Position numbers and translations under genes: made by a program
Shown: in pieces, positions 1 through 8,909 of the stretch
Numbering within the stretch: the first letter of the stretch is position 1
How the letters are laid out: each line of letters starts with the position of its first letter
Source: an uncultured Thermoplasmata archaeon
Lineage (GTDB): Archaea > Thermoplasmatota > B47-G6
DNA length: 28,134 bases
Assembly (NCBI GenBank): GCA_965552035.1
Contig: CBEVQP010000001.1
Location: 1 to 28,134 of the forward strand
Direction: 5' to 3'
The notes under the pieces: model-generated
Databases searched by the model: none
What the model was told of the DNA's origin: nothing
The model's input: the letters and a program-made list of their open reading frames with translations, nothing else

Positions 1-366
1 TATCTTAAGGTCGCAATGATAGGAGTTATTATGCTCGTGATGTTGCCAGCAGTCCTTTATATTTCTACAATGATTCCTCAGATATATGATATAAGCATTG
101 GGCTTGCGTTGTTAATCTCCCTCACATTAGCCTTTTGTTATATCTTAATATCGTCTTCGAATAAATGGTTTGTAAAGTGGCTCGTTGAAGGAGTTATAGT
201 GATGGCCTTATCGTCAGCTCTTGGAATCTTTATTACCGCGGAAATACACCCTATTGGAGGAGTTATTGCATCTTTTATGCTTTCGTCTATGTTAGTAGTG
301 TTTATTTTTAAGATAATATCGTTTAATGAGTTGCTAAGCCTTTTTAGAGGACTTATTCAAAAATAG
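1..366 (+). CDS. 3' end of a polytopic membrane protein, possibly an oligosaccharide flippase / polysaccharide biosynthesis protein (5'-partial)
   Basis: Frame is open from base 1 (YLKVAM...) to TAG at 364-366; several hydrophobic helices and an amphipathic C-terminus (IISFNELLSLFRGLIQK) like Wzx/MurJ-type ends. Product is a guess. Confidence 0.5.
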   Translation, partial: YLKVAMIGVIMLVMLPAVLYISTMIPQIYDISIGLALLISLTLAFCYILISSSNKWFVKWLVEGVIVMALSSALGIFITAEIHPIGGVIASFMLSSMLVVFIFKIISFNELLSLFRGLIQK

Positions 367-383
367 AGTGAAAAGAAAAGGCC

Positions 384-941
384 TCAGAATTGTTTGAATA
401 AATCTTTTGACGCACCACAAACTGGACATTTTTCTGGAGGAGCGGGCCCTACGTGTGTGTGCCCACAAAGGGGACAGATCCAAATATATCCGTCAATTTC
501 CCAATCCTTTTTAGCTTCTACACTCTTTTTAGCCTCTTCATAAAGCTTTGCGTGAATTTTCTCAGCCTCGTATGCCCACTTAAAGCTTCTTTCAGCATCG
601 CTTTCTCCTTGGGCCTTTGCTATTTCAATGTAAACAGGGTACATTTCCTCTACTTCAAAGTTCTCGCCCATAATTGAAAGTTCGAGGTTTTTAAGAGTAT
701 CTCCAGGACCAAACGTGGCACCCGCCACGACTTTTAGATCTGTCTTTAGATCTTTGAGGATTTTATAATGATTGCTTGCATGGACATATTCTGCGTATGC
801 TATTGCTCTAAAGAGTCTAGCTACATTTGGATATCCTTCCTTCTCAGCTATTTCTGCAAAGACAAGGTATCGCATATGGGCCATAGATTCTCCGCCAAAA
901 GCAGAGACTAAGGCATCTTGGGTCATAGGTTTGGGAGACAT
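384..941 (-). CDS. rbr: Rubrerythrin
   Basis: Diiron motifs GESMAHMRY, EYVH, GENFE...MY, AEKIH plus a C-terminal rubredoxin-like CPLCG...CPVCG domain. Confidence 0.95.
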   Translation of the reverse strand: MSPKPMTQDALVSAFGGESMAHMRYLVFAEIAEKEGYPNVARLFRAIAYAEYVHASNHYKILKDLKTDLKVVAGATFGPGDTLKNLELSIMGENFEVEEMYPVYIEIAKAQGESDAERSFKWAYEAEKIHAKLYEEAKKSVEAKKDWEIDGYIWICPLCGHTHVGPAPPEKCPVCGASKDLFKQF

Positions 942-969
942 AGGAACACCCCCATATACTTCTTGGGAA

Positions 970-981
970 AATAATATTATT
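970..981 (-). promoter_or_regulatory. AT-rich palindrome AATAATATTATT at the TATA-box position upstream of rbr
   Basis: Perfect 12-bp palindrome about 30-40 nt upstream of the rbr start; AT-richness lowers significance. Confidence 0.35.
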
Positions 982-1010
982 AAGGTTAGTAGACGAATTT
1001 GTTTAGCAAT

Positions 1011-3236
1011 TTATCGCTCCAATACAACAAACTCGTATTCGCCCAATTCTTCTATCGTAATTATCGACTTGCCCTCTTTTACTGTTATAGGAACTTCTTT
1101 ATTTCCTCTGAGAGGAAGATATGCCGACTTAACATCTCCCCTTACTATAATTTTCACGTTTCTTACTGGTATAACCTCTCTTGGAGGATGTACGCTCTCT
1201 GTAGTGCTATATGGTGGCAAAGGCTGTTTTACTCTGCCGACGCCGGCAGCAAGTATGCGCTGATTGTATGTGTGGTTTAGGAGGTGTACGATGAGTTTGT
1301 TATTCTTCTGATAAGCCTCAAAAGCTACGCTCTCTGGAGCATCGACAGTCACGTCAGGCTCTCCGCCTAGATAAATAGCAGAATTCTTTATTATCGTCTT
1401 GTACTCTGGCAAACCAGTTCTCCAATATAGGCGACCTAATTGTCCGGAGAAGTATAAGGCACGGCCATTATGGTATGTATTCTCGATAAGCCCTGGAATT
1501 GATGTCTGGCTTACCATAGGTGGTGGAGATCTGCCGAGAGTATACTCGTAGCCCCAGAGCCCTCCAGCTACGGCAACGTTAGCAAGGACATTGCCCTCGA
1601 TAGGTCTAAGGATTAAATGCCATCCCAGTACGGGTGAAACGCGTTCATGAACGAACTCATAGCTCATGTCTCCCATTAATATTAAGTTCTCTGTTAGTCC
1701 GGAGAAAATAGGATGTTCGATGTTGTTTATTATTAAATAACTCCAGTTTTGCCTTAGAACTCCTACTAACTCTCCTCCTATAACCTCTTTTATCCCTATT
1801 TCGTACCTTCTTATACCATCCTCGAATCTTGTGGATGTAGAATATGTTGCGAGAATCTTTCCGCCGTTTTCAACAAACCTTTTGATGTTTTCAATTGCTT
1901 TGTCGGACATACACGCAGTATTTGCAAGAATAACAAGGCGATACTGATCTAATACTTTACCATTCTCTAAATCCCTATCGGAAATGAACTCTACGGGAAT
2001 ATGGGAATGTATAAGGGCATAGTAGAAACCGCGAACCTCGTCGACATAATGATTCGGATGCTCTCTTCCATAGAAATCTCTTGTGTTATTGGAAGCTACA
2101 ATTGCGGCAAACTTTATACTCTCAGAGCCCTCCATGTATGGAGATATAGTTTCGTGCTCCTCAAAGACCTCTCGAACGGCATCTAGTCTAGCGGGGTTTT
2201 GGAAATAACCAGAGGAGAATACTAATATCCATGGAATTCCATTCGCGATAATAGCTTCTCTCAATCCTTGCTTTATTGCAAGCTTTGTTGTTGGGGATAC
2301 TGTTCTGTACATGTGGAAATAGTTTCTTGATGCTGCTACTGGTTTATTGCCAAACATTGCTTTAGTAAGTTTAATCATTTCTGTAATAAATCCAGATGGC
2401 TGATGATCTGCTTCACTACATTCAGCAAAGACAACATCTACATAATCCCTGGCCATCTCTACGATTTTGTTTGTCCTTCCTGCCCATCCGCCGGGGTGGC
2501 TGTTATACATCAAAAGGACATTTTTGGACTTACTTCTAATTTTCTGAGAGATTTCCCGAATTCTATCTACTACTACCTTATATCTCCACTTCCAAAGTTC
2601 TCTCCATCTCACATCTGACCAATCAATCTCTCTAGGCATCTCATAACCGAACTCTTTTCTGAACCTCTCCTGACACCACTTACAATAACAAGCTTTCTCT
2701 ATGTCTGGTTGATATCTGAAACTATCTAAGAATACACCATCGACGTTTAGAGAAAGTACCTCCTCAACCTCTTTGTGCACATACTCCATAAAGGGAGAGT
2801 TGATACACATTAAGGGCCATTCTGGCTCGTAAAATCTTCTTTCAAAAGGTATGTGCTCCAGAACTATGGGGTCTCCATCCTTTGTGACTTGAGCCCACTC
2901 AGTCTTCTTTTGATATAAATATTTGTTAGCTGTGTGTCCTATCATTACTATTACGTTAATGCCACATTTTTTGCCCTCCTCTACGGCCTCTTTTATGAGA
3001 TCCCCTTTAACTTTGGGGTGTTTGGGCCCGACCTCACTATTCTCATAGTATGTTCTTCCCCAAGGATCTCTAGCAAAAATAACTAGCGTATTTGCTCTTA
3101 GGCTTTTAGCAAGTTGAATTAACAATTTTCCTGTAATGTTAGATGTGTATATTCCATATCTGTCTTCAATATTATACTGGAGCACTCTTAGCGGTTTTTC
3201 CCACCATTTTTGAGAACCCTTCATATTAATGCTCAC
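1011..3236 (-). CDS. Cytoplasmic glycoside hydrolase-like protein (GHL6-type TIM barrel + GH42-like trimerisation domain)
   Basis: 741 aa; N-terminal WWEKPLRVLQYN, DGVFLDSF and a CYCKWC motif, then a GH42M-like segment (LVILANTACMSD...FVENGGKILAT) and a C-terminal beta-sandwich; no signal peptide. Start could be the second Met (MKGSQ). Confidence 0.75.
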   Translation of the reverse strand: MSINMKGSQKWWEKPLRVLQYNIEDRYGIYTSNITGKLLIQLAKSLRANTLVIFARDPWGRTYYENSEVGPKHPKVKGDLIKEAVEEGKKCGINVIVMIGHTANKYLYQKKTEWAQVTKDGDPIVLEHIPFERRFYEPEWPLMCINSPFMEYVHKEVEEVLSLNVDGVFLDSFRYQPDIEKACYCKWCQERFRKEFGYEMPREIDWSDVRWRELWKWRYKVVVDRIREISQKIRSKSKNVLLMYNSHPGGWAGRTNKIVEMARDYVDVVFAECSEADHQPSGFITEMIKLTKAMFGNKPVAASRNYFHMYRTVSPTTKLAIKQGLREAIIANGIPWILVFSSGYFQNPARLDAVREVFEEHETISPYMEGSESIKFAAIVASNNTRDFYGREHPNHYVDEVRGFYYALIHSHIPVEFISDRDLENGKVLDQYRLVILANTACMSDKAIENIKRFVENGGKILATYSTSTRFEDGIRRYEIGIKEVIGGELVGVLRQNWSYLIINNIEHPIFSGLTENLILMGDMSYEFVHERVSPVLGWHLILRPIEGNVLANVAVAGGLWGYEYTLGRSPPPMVSQTSIPGLIENTYHNGRALYFSGQLGRLYWRTGLPEYKTIIKNSAIYLGGEPDVTVDAPESVAFEAYQKNNKLIVHLLNHTYNQRILAAGVGRVKQPLPPYSTTESVHPPREVIPVRNVKIIVRGDVKSAYLPLRGNKEVPITVKEGKSIITIEELGEYEFVVLER

Positions 3237-3312
3237 CGGAAATCACGATCTATAATTCTAAATCTCAATTACTAGAAATAAATATTATTTTGGGTTACAA
3301 AAGATGATTAAA

Positions 3313-3329
3313 TGTCACAATTTGTGGCA
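3313..3329. promoter_or_regulatory. TGM-like inverted repeat TGTCAC-N5-GTGGCA (candidate TrmB-family operator)
   Basis: Same spacing as the Thermococcales glycolytic motif TATCAC-N5-GTGATA; lies between two divergent carbohydrate genes. Confidence 0.4.
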
Positions 3330-3540
3330 GATATTGAAAATTGCGTTCAGAGAGGCCATGGTTTGCCCGTACACATGTTGTCCGAATAATAATCGAAAAC
3401 CTCTTCAAAGAACTAATGTGCGAAAAAGCGAAAACAGTCCTTAGTATTATCAGAGAAATTCTGATTTCATTGTTTCATTTTATAAAAATATATTAAACAC
3501 TCAAATAAAATTTAGATACAAACACTCAGAGGGTTTAGTC

Positions 3541-6015
3541 ATGAAAACACCAAGAATAGTCTTTGTTATCACCATATTAATGCTACTGAGCGTTATTTCG
3601 TCGTTTGTTTATGCCAGCAGCGAAGACACTGAGAGTTATGTAGCCATAGTGTTGTCAAAGCATGTTATCGACGAAGAACTATCCGAAATAGCCAATATTT
3701 TTGAGAGCAAGGGAGTACCAATTGGAATTGTAGTAAATAGGGTAGGGTCATATTCTAATTTTAATGATAATGTTGAGTTTCTAGCAGGATCCTATGGCAA
3801 TGCTATTTTGCCACTTTTATATGATATGGGCCTTAAAGGACATGTAGAAAGACATATTGAATTATCTATCAAAGAAATTAGAGGATTGGATCAGGATCCC
3901 AGCGGGTTTTATGCTCCGTTGTTATCGTATAACGACGGTGTGTTAGACGCCTTAGAAAAGTTAGGGTTAAAGTATGCTATAATCCCAGAGATAAAAGAAT
4001 TGCCCTCTGGGCACGTATATAGAGTAAAAGGTTTTAACATAACCTTAATTCCCGTGAGCAAAGATACTGAGAGCCTATTATATGATGTGGATCTAGATCG
4101 GCTTGAAAGAGTTCTTACCCAACAAATTCTTTTTGAAGTCTCAAATGGAGAAGTTTTGGTCATTAACATAAATCTAGATAAGTTTTTTGAGAAGTACGGT
4201 CAAAATGCATTTACTGCTTTAAACGAAGTTGCTGACGCAATAATAAACGTATCAAATTACGAACACGTGCATGTTACGAAACCATCCATAATTCTGGAAA
4301 ACGTATCTCCAAAAGAAATCACGCTCGGTACTTTTAGAGCATACGATCTTACTACGATTAATGTTACTGAAATACTTTCGGAAAGCGACGTTCCTACGAG
4401 GGATACATCATTTCCTGAGCTGATTGGAGAAGGAAGTCTATACGATTTTATAAAAACAAGAGATCAAAAGGTATTTTTTGATTTGCTTAAGACTTTAAAG
4501 GACGATCCTATAACAGAGGAAGTTTTGCTAGCGGAAGATTATCAACTCATAGAGACCATTCAGAATACATATCCCCAGATAAAGGATCTTCTTTTGAAAC
4601 ATTATCAGAAAATAAACAAGACGCCCCCAGGGATATTGAAATCCATGGCCAGATTTAGTGGGGAACCACCTGATTATGAAGTGCCCGAAGCACTAGGAGA
4701 TGCCCCTAACAATGTTGTTTTAGATGGCGATTTAAGCGAATGGAAGTCTTATTATCTCATAAAAATAAATGGTGGTGGAGCAGAGCTAATGATTTCTTAC
4801 GATCTGGAAAAGAATGTTTACATTGGTCTGAAGAACCTCTCAAATGCGACAATAATCTTGGGATATCCCCTACTTTCCTTTGCAAAATTATTAGAAATAC
4901 CATGGTTGTTTAACACTCCTTACGGAGTCGTTGATCCAAAGTTCCCGGGAATATACGAAATAGACATCTACAAGGATCATGCAGACTTTACAAGCGTGTA
5001 TATGCCGCAAATTTCATATGAACTCCCAGTATATTCTTCTGACGACTCCATAGAGCTAATGATTCCTAGTTATTTGCTCAGGGATATACTTCCTCCAGAA
5101 AACTTTGTAAGAAAAATACATGTTTATCTTGTTTCTGAGAACGTTAGGCTTGAAGCCCCATCTTACTTTAAACTTGCAAATATAACTATGCCACCGCTTC
5201 CACAGTACTTCATGGGAGATCCTGCCGGGGATAGCTTTGGTCCGGGAACGTATTTATCAGACATAAAGACATCGTCTTTGGACCTTATTTTATTCTCTAT
5301 TTATCCTACTATGGACTACGTGTTTTTCAACATAACATTTCTTGAACCATCAGAAGGAGACCTTATGCCTGTCGTGGACATTTACATAGACGTGTTGCGG
5401 AATTATGGTTCTAGAGAATCTTTGGAGGGCCCTAACGTAATATTTGCCTCTACATTTGATTGGGAGGTTTGTGTTAGAGCAGCACCAGATTCGAAGGCTG
5501 CTAAAACATTCTTATGGTCTTCTATGAACATTTTAGCTCGCGAAGACGTGTACGTGGAGGTAAAAGGATCCTCCTTGATAATCGTAGTTCCGTCAAAGTA
5601 CATTCCACAGAAATATGATTCAATGAAAATTGCAGTTTTGGTAGGGATCTATGATCCAAATAATGAAAGCTCATGGAAGGTAATTGAGCCCTCTTTGGGA
5701 GCTCCAGAGGATGCATACGCTGCTGGGTTACAGCCTAATGTAGTAGATCTCCTAGCTCCTACCATTAACGATCAAAAAAGCATGTTAGGAAGCTATGATG
5801 TTTCAGAGAAAACTAAGTCTAAGGTTTATGGATATCTAGTGACCTCATATCCTAAGATAACTCCAACGAATACCGCTACGTCAACTCCTACTCCTACAGA
5901 GACACCTGAAGGAGGAATAGGAATATTGGAGCCCACGCTTTTGGTAATAGTTGGGATTGTTTTAGTCGTAGGTTTTATCCTTGGATTGAGGAAAGTTAAG
6001 GGTGGGCAGAAATGA
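3541..6015 (+). CDS. Secreted, membrane-anchored amylopullulanase-like protein (degenerate GH57-like barrel + CBM9/DOMON-like + glucodextranase-C-like domain + Thr/Pro linker + TM anchor)
   Basis: Signal peptide MKTPRIVFVITILMLLSVISSFVYAS; GH57-like blocks VEFLAGSYGNAILPLL and GFYAPLLSYNDGVLDALEKLGLKYAII; LDGDLSEW; GDPAGDSFGPGTY; TPTNTATSTPTPTET linker; C-terminal hydrophobic helix followed by RKVK. Confidence 0.8.
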   Translation: MKTPRIVFVITILMLLSVISSFVYASSEDTESYVAIVLSKHVIDEELSEIANIFESKGVPIGIVVNRVGSYSNFNDNVEFLAGSYGNAILPLLYDMGLKGHVERHIELSIKEIRGLDQDPSGFYAPLLSYNDGVLDALEKLGLKYAIIPEIKELPSGHVYRVKGFNITLIPVSKDTESLLYDVDLDRLERVLTQQILFEVSNGEVLVININLDKFFEKYGQNAFTALNEVADAIINVSNYEHVHVTKPSIILENVSPKEITLGTFRAYDLTTINVTEILSESDVPTRDTSFPELIGEGSLYDFIKTRDQKVFFDLLKTLKDDPITEEVLLAEDYQLIETIQNTYPQIKDLLLKHYQKINKTPPGILKSMARFSGEPPDYEVPEALGDAPNNVVLDGDLSEWKSYYLIKINGGGAELMISYDLEKNVYIGLKNLSNATIILGYPLLSFAKLLEIPWLFNTPYGVVDPKFPGIYEIDIYKDHADFTSVYMPQISYELPVYSSDDSIELMIPSYLLRDILPPENFVRKIHVYLVSENVRLEAPSYFKLANITMPPLPQYFMGDPAGDSFGPGTYLSDIKTSSLDLILFSIYPTMDYVFFNITFLEPSEGDLMPVVDIYIDVLRNYGSRESLEGPNVIFASTFDWEVCVRAAPDSKAAKTFLWSSMNILAREDVYVEVKGSSLIIVVPSKYIPQKYDSMKIAVLVGIYDPNNESSWKVIEPSLGAPEDAYAAGLQPNVVDLLAPTINDQKSMLGSYDVSEKTKSKVYGYLVTSYPKITPTNTATSTPTPTETPEGGIGILEPTLLVIVGIVLVVGFILGLRKVKGGQK

Positions 6016-7319
6016 AGTTCGAAGAGTTCACGGAGAACTCTAGAAAGATGTATGAAGAAAGCCGAAAGTATATACCCGGAGGTGTGAGCTATTCAATAAG
6101 GGATTTTTATCCATACCCATTTTATGCAAAAAAGGCAAAAGGTGCGTATGTTTTGGATTTAGACGGAAATAAGTATATTGACCTGTGGATGGAGCATGGA
6201 GCCGCTGTTTTAGGCCATAACGACAAAAGAATTATTGAGGCTGTCAAGGAACAGCTTGAGGAGGGAGTTCATTTTGGCTGGGCAAATGAGTGGGAAGTCA
6301 AGTGGGCGAAGGCAGTTTTAGAATGGTTTTGTATGGATAAAGTAAGGCCTACAAATAGCGGAACAGAAGCGAACATGTATGCAATAAGACTTGCAAGGGC
6401 ATTTACGGGGAGGAAAAAGATCGTAAAGGTAGTAGGAGGCTGGCATGGAGGATATGACGCTTTAATGAAGGGAGTTCATTATCCACCAAATTCTAGGGAA
6501 AGCCTCGGACTCCTAGAGGAAATCTTAGAGTATACGCTGTTGATTCAATACAATAATCTTATGGATGCAAGAAAAATTATAAAGGAAGAAAAACCTGCTG
6601 CAGTGATTGTTGAGCCTGTTCTTGGAGCTGGAGGATGTATACCTGCAGAGAAAGAGTTCTTAGAAACCCTGCGTGAGTTATGTAATGAATACGGAGCATT
6701 ATTAATATTTGACGAGGTTATAACGGGCTTTAGATTCTTTAGAGGAGCGACAAACTATTATGGGATAAAGCCCGACATTATAACCTGTGGAAAGGCTGTG
6801 GGAGGTCAATATTTTCCCGGTGCTGGCGCTATATGCGGAACTGAAGAGGTCATGGAGTTTTTGGATCATAGGAAGAGAAAGAAATTTGGTGAAAGAGTAT
6901 TTCACGGCGGAACGTATGTAGGTAACGCGATCTCAATGCGTGCGGGTTATGAGTTAATCAAAATACTAAGAGACAATCATAAGGAGATTTATAGAAGACT
7001 AGAAGATCTTGGGAAGAAGCTTAAAGAAGGCCTTGAGGAGGTTTTTGTAAATCACAATATTAACGCTTTTACAACAGGCATAGGATCTATGGTTGGGTTA
7101 CACTTTACAAAAGTAAGACCTAAAAATTACGAGGCCTCTGAGGAGACAAAGGACGTACAGCTGACAAAAGAGCTCTTTAACCATATGCTATCGGCTAAGG
7201 TTGCCTATTTGACCCCAGAGAAGGCACACTTTTTCTTATCCTATGCCCATAGTGACGAGGATATAGAATACGTTATTTATAAAGCTGAAGAATTTGCCAA
7301 AATGAAAGGGAGAGATTGA
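6012..7319 (+). CDS. Class III PLP-dependent aminotransferase, glutamate-1-semialdehyde aminomutase-like
   Basis: NSGTEA, GGWHG, LIFDEVITGFR, GKAVGG (Schiff-base Lys), HGGTYVGN; ATGA overlap with upstream gene at 6012-6015. Confidence 0.85.
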   Translation: MKFEEFTENSRKMYEESRKYIPGGVSYSIRDFYPYPFYAKKAKGAYVLDLDGNKYIDLWMEHGAAVLGHNDKRIIEAVKEQLEEGVHFGWANEWEVKWAKAVLEWFCMDKVRPTNSGTEANMYAIRLARAFTGRKKIVKVVGGWHGGYDALMKGVHYPPNSRESLGLLEEILEYTLLIQYNNLMDARKIIKEEKPAAVIVEPVLGAGGCIPAEKEFLETLRELCNEYGALLIFDEVITGFRFFRGATNYYGIKPDIITCGKAVGGQYFPGAGAICGTEEVMEFLDHRKRKKFGERVFHGGTYVGNAISMRAGYELIKILRDNHKEIYRRLEDLGKKLKEGLEEVFVNHNINAFTTGIGSMVGLHFTKVRPKNYEASEETKDVQLTKELFNHMLSAKVAYLTPEKAHFFLSYAHSDEDIEYVIYKAEEFAKMKGRD

Positions 7320-7320
7320 A

Positions 7321-8037
7321 ATGTATGGCTGGAGGGCCCGGATTGGTTTGATTATACCATCATCAAACACAACTATGGAACCAGAATTTTGGAAAATGGC
7401 TCCCGAGGGAGTTTCTATTCATTCGGCTAGGATGCGGCTTATAGAAGTAACGCCAGAAGCACTTTCCGAAATGCATAAGGACTTAATGCACGCAGCACAA
7501 CTTCTTAGTGACACAAATGTCGACATAATAGTTTTCGGATGCACTTCAGGGAGTTTCTTGGAAGGATTGGGGTTTGATAAACAAATTTCTGATGAGATAA
7601 AAGGTAACGTAGGGATAGAGGCCATTACGACGTCTACTGCAGTTATAGATGCGTTAAAAGAATTGGAACTAAGAAAAATAGTTTTAGCAACGCCCTACAT
7701 TGAAGAAATAAATAAAAAAGAAGTAAAATTTTTGGAGGACAATGGAATTAAGGTGCTTAAGTACAAAGGCTTGGGTATATTGAAGAATACAGAAATAGGT
7801 GCTCAGACGCCCGATGTGGCGTATAGGCTTGCAAAAGAAGTTTATGTAAGCGAAGCGGATGGGGTATTTATTAGTTGTACGAATTTTAGGACAATAGAAA
7901 TTTTGGATGTACTAGAACAGGACTTGGGAGTTCCTGTAATTTCTAGCAATCAAGCTACGATGTGGAAAACGCTTAAAACCTTGGGCATTAGGGAGAAATA
8001 TGAAAGTTTTGGAACGTTGCTTAGAGATTTTCTTTAA
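7321..8037 (+). CDS. Asp/Glu racemase superfamily protein (maleate cis-trans isomerase / arylmalonate decarboxylase / EutA-like)
   Basis: RIGLIIPSSNTTMEPE, GCTSGS and SCTNFRT with both catalytic-position cysteines, PVISSNQA. Confidence 0.85.
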   Translation: MYGWRARIGLIIPSSNTTMEPEFWKMAPEGVSIHSARMRLIEVTPEALSEMHKDLMHAAQLLSDTNVDIIVFGCTSGSFLEGLGFDKQISDEIKGNVGIEAITTSTAVIDALKELELRKIVLATPYIEEINKKEVKFLEDNGIKVLKYKGLGILKNTEIGAQTPDVAYRLAKEVYVSEADGVFISCTNFRTIEILDVLEQDLGVPVISSNQATMWKTLKTLGIREKYESFGTLLRDFL

Positions 8038-8107
8038 AATGATTATTTTTTCTTTTAAAGGCGGAGATGGTAGAGAAACATTTAACTCTGTGGACTCCAT
8101 AATAGAA

Positions 8108-8180
8108 GTAGTATGATGACTACGCGTCCCTCCACTGAGGTTTACCCGGGCCGATGATGATCTCGGGCACCGCTGACTAT
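8108..8180 (+). ncRNA. Archaeal box C/D methylation-guide sRNA
   Basis: Box C ATGATGA 8113-8119, D' CTGA 8135-8138, C' ATGATGA 8154-8160, D CTGA 8173-8176; terminal stem GTAG (8108-8111)/CTAT (8177-8180) with a 3-nt bulge gives a canonical K-turn; BRE/TATA-like AGAAACATTTAAC about 25 nt upstream. Confidence 0.92.
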
Positions 8181-8225
8181 GTTCTGCTAATAACCTCTAT
8201 TGCGCCATAAAGAGGTGCGCATCTG

Positions 8226-8777
8226 GTGAGAAGACTTCAGATTGGTGTAGCCGGATCTTCTGATTTACATCCATTTGAAGACGCTGTACAAAAGGCGAGA
8301 ATCTTTGCAAAGACTTTGCTTAAATATAAAGACGAGATAGTGCTTCTTACTGGTGGACGCGAGGGTTTGATGAGAGTTGTTTCAGAAGAATTTTCAAGTG
8401 GTGGCGGAGTAGTTGTCGGTGTCCTCCCTTTTGAAGAAGAAGGAAATCCATACTCTACAATTCGTATTAAGAGCGGTACGAGCTCTATTATGAGAAGCGG
8501 GACATTAATTCACTCAAGCGACTGTGTAGTAATCTTAGGCGGTGGAGCTGGAACAATGATAGAAGCCCTTATGGCATATAACACAGGGAAGCCGCTGGTA
8601 ATTATTTCTGGAACAGGATATAGGAGCGATAAGATATCTTTGTTGTTGGAGGATGACTACTTTGACCATAGGCGCCTAGTTAAGGTCTTTGTAACGGATG
8701 ATCCAGAAAAAGCTGCTGAAAAGTCCCTAGAACTTGCAAGAAAGTATGTAAGGTCAATTACGTTGAGCACGGATTAG
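8226..8777 (+). CDS. LOG/SLOG family protein (TIGR00725-like Rossmann nucleotide-binding protein)
   Basis: IGVAGS, LLTGG..GLM, GGGVVVGVLP, GGGAGTMIEALMAYNTGKP; GTG start. Confidence 0.85.
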   Translation: MRRLQIGVAGSSDLHPFEDAVQKARIFAKTLLKYKDEIVLLTGGREGLMRVVSEEFSSGGGVVVGVLPFEEEGNPYSTIRIKSGTSSIMRSGTLIHSSDCVVILGGGAGTMIEALMAYNTGKPLVIISGTGYRSDKISLLLEDDYFDHRRLVKVFVTDDPEKAAEKSLELARKYVRSITLSTD

Positions 8778-8909
8778 CGCGGGGAGGAAGACAAGCACCT
8801 TTTGAATAGTTTTTAATATTTTTATCCTTTTATTATAGTAGTCCGGGGGACTATTGGCAAAGTAAGCATCGTTGCCATAGGCTACAATTCGGATTTCTGG
8901 TGGATTCTG

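Noticed and set aside
453-1280. Plus-strand ORFs 453-677, 772-1263, 999-1280
   Set aside because: Antisense shadows of rubrerythrin and the glycoside hydrolase; no motifs or RBS.
2399-2410. TGATGA box C-like words at 2401 and near 9774
   Set aside because: Inside coding regions, without matching D/D' boxes or terminal stems.
5860-5910. Short ACTCCT-type repeats as a DNA repeat element
   Set aside because: They encode the Thr/Pro-rich linker of the surface protein.
6012-7319. Assigning gene symbol hemL
   Set aside because: The canonical NSPVRAF motif is absent and the context is not tetrapyrrole synthesis.
8839-8880. Two overlapping hairpins (TAGTCC/GGACTA and TGGCAA/TTGCCA) as a possible riboswitch
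   Set aside because: Short stems, no known aptamer motif, and the likely TATA box would put the first hairpin outside the transcript.
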